From NCBI GenBank assembly GCA_035084275.1, contig CM068757.1, positions 6,076,001 to 6,140,000 on the forward strand: DNA of 64,000 nucleotides, written 5' to 3'. The position numbers and the translations under genes were made by a program. The notes beneath the pieces were generated by a model. It was not told the DNA's origin. It saw only the letters and a list, made by a program, of their open reading frames with translations, and did no database searches. Positions 54,900-64,000 of this stretch are shown in pieces (the first letter of the stretch is position 1; the number at the start of each line of letters is the position of its first letter). The DNA comes from Hydrolagus colliei. Taxonomy: Eukaryota.

Positions 54900-55180
54900 A
54901 GTAATCCTTGCATTTGAATTAAGTTATCGAAGTGAATCGACTGTATGTACTTTGTTTGTGGGCGAAACGCGGCAGCCATTGGCGCCCGGCTGTGTCCCCA
55001 CAGGTCGAAGTGACCGATTTATTACCATTCGACTTTTGAACGAACTATTGATCGCACTGTACCCAGAGAAGCCATCCGTCAGTCAAACGGGGGCGCGCGG
55101 AGGAGTGAGGACACCTGCCCGATGTTTGGCCCATCCCAGGAATCAAACCCAGGACCTCTCGCTTGCAAAGCAACCGCAAA
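54900..55180 (-). mobile_element. SINE copy with tRNA-like head, rearranged
   Basis: Core TTTGTGGGCGAAACGCGGCAGCCA plus GGAATCAAACCCAGGACCTCTCGCTTG (reverse B-box region). Confidence 0.7.
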
Positions 55181-55204
55181 GCTCAGACTAAACCAGCACG
55201 GAGT

Positions 55205-55380
55205 CGGTGTCCAGTTTTGTCTTTGGTGGGGGATTTGTTGGCCAAAACATGGGGAAGGAGAGGATGGGAGGGAGGCAACGGAACTCTCTTTCGTTTAAAT
55301 AGTGCCACCAGGATCTTTAACATCCACCTGAACAGGTAATCGGGCCCTCGGCTGAACGTCTCGCCTGAAGGACGGGAAGG
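55205..55380 (-). mobile_element. Older Deu-domain-like SINE fragment
   Basis: Minus strand ...GAGACGTTCAGCCGAGGGCCCG...CAGGTGGATGTTAAAGATCCTGGTGGCACTATTT resembles Deu-domain SINE bodies; related diverged pieces at about 20420-20510, 25520-25680, 37520-37690, 39740-39850 and 53300-53580. Confidence 0.6.
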
Positions 55381-55745
55381 CAAACAATCATGCGACGAAT
55401 TAGATTTCACGTCGCAAGGACACTTCAAGGCACCGGATAGTTAGGGATTTGGATTTGGGGGTTGGCGTCAAGAGCGGTTCATATTGATGTCAACATGAGA
55501 CTGTAAAAGATGCTTGTCATTTCCTTCCCCCTATATTTTATAGTATATCCTCGTAAAGCGCTGACATGATAAGGTGCTACAAATGCAAGGATTTTATTAT
55601 TATTGCTATTTATTTTCTTGCTGGGGCTGGAGGCATGAGCTAGCAATTGGAAGCAGGAACCCAAGTTGAGCTGTGGTGTGAGTCGCGTGCCATCCACCCC
55701 ATCACTTTTTGTGTTTCTGTGAATTTTGGAAGTAACACTCATATG

Positions 55746-56238
55746 CAGTAAAACCTCGATCGTCCGACATTGCAAAAGCCAGCAACTTCCTAAAATCGGC
55801 AAGGTCTCCAAATACATACAATATTAGATACTTTCCAATGTCGGCAAACCTCCCGAAGTTGGGAACAGCTGCCTGATCGCTGCTGTCGTCTGGCTCTGTG
55901 GTTGCACTTGGGCATTGTTTGGCTTCAGTGCTGTGTTTACACAGGTAGGTTTCTAAATAATAATAATAATCCTTGCATTTGATATAGCACCCTTCACGTC
56001 TTCCATACGTCTCAAATCGCTTCACAGGAAAGTAAAGTGAATTGACTGTATATTTGTGGGCAATTGCGCACGGCCGTGTCCCACAAACAGTTGTGGATTG
56101 AAATGACCAATTTTGTTATTGTACTGTTCTTTTTTGGAGGGATTATTATGAGGTGTGTGGAGTAAAGAAAATGCCGGCAAACTCCGAAATCCCGGAGGTG
56201 TGTGGGCCCAACCGTGCCGGATCATCGAGATTTTACTG
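55746..56238. mobile_element. Tigger/pogo-like (Tc1/mariner superfamily) MITE with nested SINE
   Basis: Left end CAGTAAAACCTCGATCGTCCGACA vs right-end reverse complement CAGTAAAATCTCGATGATCCGGCA (20/24 match); both ends flanked by TG. Confidence 0.7.
55955..56170 (-). mobile_element. SINE inserted within the Tigger-like MITE
   Basis: Reverse complement of family tail and core, lying between the two TIRs. Confidence 0.85.
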
Positions 56239-59200
56239 TGTTGCAGTACCTGTACTTTGTCACGAGAGGGGGATCTATCTACAGAACATTTGTTTCTGAG
56301 CTATTAGTGGCAGCAATCCAGGCCTGCAGTATTAGGAAATCAGGCTAGGCCATGTTAAATGCTGAATTGTTTCATTTTGGCAGTTAGTTCCTGGTTCAGG
56401 AGTCTTATTTCCGCTCTTCCCCTTATTAAGACATTTGAGTTACTAAATTTCAGAAAATCTGATTATGTACTCGATTTATCCTTGGAACAATCTAACGGAT
56501 TTGCTCTTCAACCATCCAGTTTTCCTCGAGAACATGGTGGCAGTTATGTTTGTGCCACCAATTGTTTTTGTGGTTGTTTTTGAAGCTTTTAGTAGGGACG
56601 TTATTGAACCTTCTTCTTGCTCTAGTGTCCAGTAAGTAAAGTATCATTTCCTAAATTCAAGAGATTGATTCAGTCAGCAGGCATTAACCCAATGGGTCCA
56701 GGTTTAATGGAAACAAACTGATAAGAAATTTGTTTCAGTTTAAACTATTCTTCATGAGGCTCTGGGTGCATTGCAGTATCTCCCTTTGATGATAATGGAC
56801 CCTGGTTCACAACCAATTCCAATTCTTAAGTAAATCAAATTCAGATTTGACTTGCGTGCCTCTGGTGTAAGAGCAGAAAAAGTTAGTTGCAGATTTGATC
56901 AGTGGTTTGTGGCTGATCTTAACTGAGACGGCAACACAGATTGTTCAGACAGCTGCAAGTATTTGCACCAGTCATTGCTTTCAATTTTTTCAATTTAATC
57001 CTTTCACATCCTCCCGACGTGAAAGGCTCTCTATAAATGTAATTTTGTTGTTGTTGTATGAACTTGTTGTTGTATGTATTACCCGTCATCTCACTCTGCA
57101 CTAAATACTGAAGTTAAATCCATATTAAACAGGTAAAAACAAACCACATGTAAAATTTTAATATTCTCCAATCTGTTCACTCATGTAGTTCCTGGAAAAT
57201 ATAGAACTGTTGTAGATTACATTCATGACTAATTAGTCAAGTTCAAATCAACAACTTCAAACCACCCAACTAATCCCCACCTTGCCCTAGTCATATAGGA
57301 TTCCTATCCAGCAATGTTCCAATATTTTTGTATTACTGTTCTTTAAAGAAAAGCAGCTCCCTGTGGATGTGATTCTTCACTGGGTAGGAAACATACCATT
57401 TTGCTAAAATAAACATACAATAGGAGTCTTCCCCCATTGTAAACTTGGACTCCTATAGCCCTCCACTAGACTCAGTAAATTTAGCGACCAACAATAAATA
57501 AGTTTGCACACCAAGGTCAGTAAACATACCTACGTATTCAGGAATAACCCCTGAATGTTTTATTCTGCATGAGATTTGTGAAAATGGTGAGTTTGCGATT
57601 CGTGTTGTTTGTGAATGTTGTTTGGACAAAACCATTTCATCCATTTCATTATTCAGTCATAGAATGCATATCTAACTAACAAGTACTGCAAATCAAGCAG
57701 TTGTTCAGCTGCAGACGACAGCAACCCTGATCCAGTATTTTCTGGAAAACGACCAGTGCATTGATCTGAACTCAGCTGCAAACAGCGCATTCCAAAAGCT
57801 ATTCTGGGAGACTGCAGAGCCGGGGAGAATAACACAGAGTAGCTTCAAGCCACAAGTGAAGTGGCTTGAAAAATTAAACAAGCGAGCAAAATTCACCATT
57901 TCAATTTTTGTAAAACATTTTATTTAGATTTTCTTGTTACATCAGTGTGTGTTTTAATTTCAGGGGGATTTTTTTCATGTATATAAAAAGGATCACGATA
58001 GGCAGTCACTGCAACAAAGGAGGGTCTGTTCCACTTCCTGGGACCAGCTGGATTGCAGAGGCTACAGGAATCCAAGAATTCTTATTGTTGTTTGTTTAGG
58101 GTTACGGTCTAAAATATTTCACAGTTGCATAAAAATCCCTTCCATTCGAAATGCGGGTGGGCAGGGTGGTTCCGTTTAAATCACTTCCTGTGCAGTCATC
58201 TGAGGCATGGCTACAATCTTTTTATTCATACCTCTGGGTCTCATCAGTCCCCGGCCTGCAAAACAACAGAAACAAAATTTAAGTTAATTTACCTTTCCCC
58301 TTCTGACTGAACAGGAGAGTACAAAAGCCTCACAGGATGAGTCACAACTCACCCAGAATACAATGAGGGCAGGGTTTTGTATCTTCATTGAAAGAAAAAG
58401 AATTGCTATGAGCACAAACCTCCCTATGTAGGTGGGAACTAAATGGATTGATACAAAAAGGAAATCGGGCAATCTTTAGCAAAAGTAATGAAGAGTACGG
58501 TGCATGAATCAGGGCTAAGATATCAAATTAAGTCACAGAAGACATTCAATGTACTTTGCTATTAAGATCTTCCCAAGGACAGAAATGTAACATTTCAAGT
58601 GTTAAAAACTGCTTGTAATACATAGGTTCAGCCACGTTCAGTGCCTTAAAGTGTAAATGGAACACGTGGTGCATACAGATTAGAAAGATGCCAACCAGAT
58701 TCGGTCCATGGATTGTGTTAACAATTTCAGCATCTGTGGGTTAAAAATCAAACATGGTTGCTGCTCCTGATCACCCGTTTTGTGGTTGCTGCTAGAAAGT
58801 GTTGCAGACATCAGGCGAGGACTGTGTATTGGTGTTAAATTGATTATATTAACCCGGAATGTTCAGTGAACTTGGGTCTTTCAACATAGCATCTTAATTT
58901 GCTCAATTTCCAAGGAACTGCTCCCACCTAGTTTCTCCCATTGATATCATCAGAACTCATCATTTTTGAATGAGTTATGGTGAAATAATAAACATCTGGA
59001 TTTGACAGAATAAGTTGTACTCTGCAGTAGTTTACAATTGGGAAGTACTTGTAAAAGAAAAAACTATTATAATTGTATCTAACACAAATTTAGCTCTTAA
59101 CTCAAGGTACATTACCAGTGCAAGACCAAGTACTAAAATTGGGGAGTGAGAGGTGGAGAAAAAGGTCTTGAGAATGGTGCAGCATTCTGGTCTATAGTGT

Positions 59201-62059
59201 AGATTTAATGACAATCTGGAGCTGGATAAGGATCGGGACATAGTGCACTCGAACTGACATCTTCAGCTGAGATCAACTTCCAAACTGGCCAACTTCCAAC
59301 TCACCAAAAATAGACTAAGCCATTCACGTGCAACCACTATTCCAGACAGCAATGGCGTTACTTGTGAATGGAACAATATCAAACAATATCAAAGGTTGGT
59401 CAAAATCAAATGAGCAGCAGTGGTCTTGATTTGGCTCTGGAACAGAAGTGCTACCCATCATAGAGCAGGTTTCAACAGGAATTAGATTGCCTTAAGGTCC
59501 CAATGAGAACCCAAATGCTGCTCGTCATTTTTATGTAAAGATGTGATTTTCCACATGTGTCCATCTATATATATATGTTTTTAAAATATATATATATTGT
59601 CAAGTGACCTGCATACCGTTTTTCTAATTGGTTACTTTTATGGAACCAGTGTTCAAAAAAAAAACTTCCAACAAAAAAAATTTAAACATGGAATGTGTCA
59701 TTATTATACTATTATCTACTGTGTTCCTATTAAATGCGAAACCCATTATTGTTAAATGAAGTCAATTTGTTCAATTTCATGGCAGTTTTCCAAGTTACAA
59801 AACAGGGTAAGTGGCAACTTAAACTGTTCAACCAAGCTGAGTGCCATGGGTGTCACAGCTGCTTTCTGGAAACAATACTGCTTCTATAACATGATTCTGG
59901 TTCCATCTTCATTAGATGGGGCAGAAATTCAACTTATTAAGACCGAGCAAAGTGAGCTAGCTGGCTGCCAGCCTGAAAACATCAATTCACATGAGCTGGA
60001 GACAAGTGTGAAATGAGTCCAGCACAAGAGAGGACCGAACAGCCTGCAGTCAGTAATATCCTTACTCTTGCAGCTTATTTGTTTTGCTCACTTACGTGAT
60101 AAATGGCAAGAAACTGCCCAAATGACTGAAGGAAACCAAGCAGAGGCAGACCACAAGGAACAAATACACAACGTGATTGTAACAACAACAGACCTCTCTC
60201 TCTCTCTGATGACTTTCTGTGCATGCCATTGCCATAAAAAGGTACATTCAATAATTTATTCCAGTCTCAGTTAAACTTCTGGGCAGAGTGGCGAGTGCAA
60301 GCATATGTAACGTTTGTGTGAAAGTGGAGATAATTGCAATGCTGACACCTCACAAATTTGACTTGCTGGTTGCTGGGAGCAGTTGGAAAAAATTGCACTG
60401 GGCAGTGGTGCAAACAAGCAAGTCACAGATTTCCCACAGGCCTAAGGAAAGGGCTTTCACTGGCAAACCTCCTTCTGAGGGATGGATTGCCAAGTCGTTT
60501 TTGTACAAAAATAAAGCCATACATTATTTTTAACGTGCCCAAAAGGAGTGTATTTATTTTTCATTAAACGTTACTTTAAAACACTGGGGTAACTCTTCTA
60601 TATCATTTCAGGAAAATGTATTTAACAGAAATCTAGAAATTTGGGTTGTAAAGTAATACTTGTAAAAGACCCTATTCCGTTGCCAGGGTAATGATGCAAA
60701 ACAAGACTATTCCATTCTAATTAGGCTATAAAGATGCATTCTTTGAGCTTGCTTGGGCTGTTAAATTGTGCTTAGTTGGCAGTATGCCAGTTTGATTCAA
60801 TTTGACCAGTCCTGCAACCAAATAAATGAAGTATATTTTTAATTGATCTATTTGTTCACCATAGATAACATACAGATGGTCTCTGCTAGCAAGCACAAAA
60901 CAAGTGAAGTAACAAGTCCCTTCAAACGTTCCCCAATTGTAAATAAATGTCCCTCAAATTACCAATTAATTTGAAATTTTTGATGTTTCCTAAGAATTTA
61001 AGAAAACGAGTCCTCAAGTTTCTCAACGTTTGGGGGCTAATTATAGAGTGAGAATTTTCTTTATTTAAAAGAAGGCCATAAAATAAATACCATACATTAT
61101 GCAGCCATTGCTTAAATTCTCAACATTATTAAAAATCAGGACTCCAAATCACCATGTAAACCAATTGTTTTACAGTTACAGAGACTTCTGTTGTGGGCAA
61201 TTCAGCTACTAATCAACTGGAAATAGCTGAGTTATTTACTCCAAATGGATGGCTGACGAAAGCTCACAACTAATCGGTTTGGGGGTTGCTTGGTGGAGGG
61301 AAGCAGAAGATTCCTATCAGGATAACGTAAACAGTGAGTGCAGACACCAAGCAGATTTTAGGCTGTCAAATAAGTTACATCAGGCAGGTCCCTGAATACG
61401 CCATTGGGCGTGAACACAGCTTTTGCAGTATTTTTAAAGTTGGAACTTTTGGGATAACTCTTTCTGCAGATCCTGGCCAGTGTAACCCTAATTGGTGAAA
61501 GCATCAACAGTTTAATGTTTTGAAGCAAAATAAATCAAATTTATGCTAATTTCAAGTCCTGTTGTGGCTTCAGTGGTGCTATGAGATTGTCAAGAGATTT
61601 ATGAGATCAACTCTAATTCACAGAAGATTGGGTTTATTTTGCACTGGTACAGGGTGGTGGGGAGAGACTGGAATAGGATTAACTGATCTCCCCAAACAAG
61701 TAGGAACTGAAGAACAGCAGTAGGTCATTCAGCCCTTCCAAGTCTATTCCACAATTCTAATAGATCACAGCTGATCTGTATCTCAACTCCCGTTATCCAT
61801 TCCGCCCCAAATCCTTACTGCAGTGGACCACAAAACAAGGAAGAGGAGATGCTAAAACTTCAGTGGTAACATCTTAACATGCTCTCAGAAACCAGAACTG
61901 GATGGATTTTCAAGCAAAAGGTTTACGGTTGTGTCAGCTTCCTAATCAGCCAAAAACAAAATTGCAACGCTGCAAACCTCAGAGTGAATAAGTGAATAAG
62001 TGTTGCTCTTAGAAACCATGTTTTCATTGTGGCTAAACTATATTACAATATCGAACAAC

Positions 62060-62380
62060 AAACAACAAACAAAACTTACATTTATATAGCGCCTTTCACG
62101 TCGAGAGGACGTCCCAAGGCGCTGTATAGTCACCGGTAGGACAAGAGCAGGGTGGGAAGGATCAGGGCAGGATGAAGAATAGTAGGAAAAGTAACTGTAT
62201 ATTAGTGGGCGAAACGTGGCAGCCAAATTGCGCACAGCAGTGTCCCACAATCAGTCATGGAAGTGGGACTAGGGGCAAAAGGGGGGTAAAGAAGCAAAAG
62301 GGGAGGGGTCGAGGCAGGGGGAAGAAAAGCAGGAAAGTCGACTGTATACTTGTGGGTGAAACGCGGCAGCCAAATTGCGA
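62060..62380 (-). mobile_element. SINE tail plus duplicated core
   Basis: CATTTATATAGCGCCTTTCACGTCG...GACGTCCCAAGGCGCT tail; GAAACG(T/C)GGCAGCCAAATTGCG core twice. Confidence 0.72.
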
Positions 62381-62684
62381 AGCGTAATTTCCAAGCTTTC
62401 CAAGATGTCAACTAAAAATGTTCAAAAGTTCCAACTTCAAAAATGCTGCAAAAGCTGTGCACAAATCATTTTGTGTGTTGTGACATTAATGTGAAGAACC
62501 AGCCTTTCGAGGGTAGTTCTTTCCTGGCAAGTAAACACCATTCCTTTGTTTAAAAGAAATATAGCTCCTTTCTCGCTACCTGCAATACTTCCTTCCATCT
62601 ATGTACAACTGAAAGCGGCCAGGAATATGATCTTCCAACTGCACATTACAATTCACTCCAAAGAAGACAGGGCAGGGGAGAATT

Positions 62685-63050
62685 CATAGAATTTTACGTC
62701 ACAAAAAGAGGCCATTCGGCCCATCTAGTCTGTACCGGCTCTTTGAAAAGAGCAACTCAATCCCACTGCCCAGCTCTCTATCCATAATCTAACAGATCTG
62801 TTCTTCCTAAATAAAGATCTTATTCTCTTTTAAAAGCTGTTATCGAATCAGCCTCCACCACCTTTTCAGGCAATGCATTCCAGATTCAAACAACCCACTG
62901 AGCAAAAAAAAAATTCTCCTCAGGTCCCCTCTGCTTCATTTTGAAACTATTTTAAATCTGTGACCACGAGTGGAAACAGTTTTTCCTTATTCACTCTGTC
63001 GAATCCCCTCATGATCTTATAAATCTCTATTAAGTCTCCTCTCAATCTCT
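62685..63050 (-). mobile_element. CR1 LINE 3' end fragment
   Basis: CATAGAA...GAGGCCATTCGGCCCATC...GCCTCCACCACC...GCATTCCAGAT...ACCCACTG, typical of the reverse strand of CR1 3' ends; similar pieces near 61700-61815 and 23390-23600. Confidence 0.65.
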
Positions 63051-63194
63051 CAATCAAATAATTAAATTATTTTTGTAGTGCAACAATACAGAAGATAATA
63101 CCATTAATGTGGAAACATTAAGAAATTATAATCAATTCAGTTCAGGAGGTTCCAAAACTACACTTCAAGGATTATTAAAATCAATCCAATAAAT

Positions 63195-63564
63195 TAATAA
63201 TAATCCTTGCATTTGATATAGCGCCTAATCACGCTATAATAAGTGCATCACAGAATGTACTGTAAAGAGAATTGACTATAGTTTGTGGATGAAACTCAGC
63301 AGCCAATTTACACACAGCAGTGTCCCACAAACGGTCATGAATTGAGTGACCAAATCTTACTATTATTATTTATTTTTGATGGGATTAATAACCCCCTGAA
63401 AAGCAATCTACCAATCGACCAACAACTGGTCTCCTACTTCTGCTCAGTCAACAGAGGCATTCAGAGCAAGGAAGCTTACCCTACGTTTCACCCTACCAAG
63501 GAATCGAACCCAGGTCCTCTCACTTGTGAGGCAAATGCTCTTAACCACTGAGCTACTGAACTCC
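63195..63564 (-). mobile_element. tRNA-derived SINE, full length
   Basis: Minus strand reads GGAGTTCAGTAGCTCAGTGGTTAAGAGC...GGGTTCGATTCC (A and B boxes), then the shared core and (TTA)n tail. Confidence 0.88.
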
Positions 63565-64000
63565 AAGTGATTCCAGAAAAACGGCATTTAAAAAAAACAT
63601 GACTCATCCATGACCTAATGGGTCATTGCGTACACAATGCTCAACCAATTCAACAACCACACTTTAGAACAGTTACATAAATCCCAAATACCCAATGTAA
63701 AACAGACTTATTCAGTTTAAAGACTTCACTAACAATGTACTGTACTCTATAGATATCAGCATCATAATGAACATAATCTTTAAGGAACATTAGAGTTGTT
63801 ATTCATAGCACAAAACATCTCCAGGTCAAGTTATAGACAGTACTTTCACTTCCACCTTGCTGCACGCACGTTAAAGGCCAAGTCTACTTTCATACAACGT
63901 TGCTTTAAACTCCCAATGAAAGTTCAATGATGGTGCAGCTTTTAAGCGGAGTTTACTGCCAAGAAACAGTACTGGCCACTCCCCAGATTATGTTATGATC

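Noticed and set aside
54825-54900. Strong-Kozak ATG (MATGARRRSTA...) as the start of a divergent protein-coding gene
   Set aside because: No convincing downstream coding exons or recognisable protein; the ATG is explained by the X-box palindrome. Kept only as a possible non-coding transcript.
63495-63564. tRNA-like sequence with A and B boxes (also at 19340 and 48115)
   Set aside because: It continues directly into SINE body and tail and lacks a complete acceptor stem, so it is a SINE head and not a tRNA gene.

Overview
Vertebrate genomic DNA; the repeat landscape (Deu-type SINEs, shark-like CR1 3' ends) and compact introns suggest a cartilaginous fish, which is an inference. The window holds two convergent multi-exon genes that I spliced by hand. 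ABTB2 (+) has 16 coding exons at 8364-25019, with its first exon upstream of the window. NAT10 (-) has a complete CDS of 28 coding exons at 53704-32092 (3069 nt, 1022 aa), including one minor-spliceosome (U12-type) intron. A CpG-rich promoter region with a palindromic RFX X-box lies upstream of NAT10. The rest is intronic, UTR or intergenic DNA with many copies of a tRNA-headed SINE, older Deu-like SINE and CR1/L2 fragments, an intact hAT MITE with an 8-bp TSD and a G-rich minisatellite, and a Tigger-like MITE with a nested SINE. Almost all ORFs in the supplied track are spurious or are exon fragments. I found no convincing new biological system; the best leads are the two MITEs, the U12 intron, a perfect intronic palindrome, a back-to-back poly(A) signal and inverted SINE pairs around exons. 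Repeat boundaries are approximate unless TIR/TSD coordinates are given.
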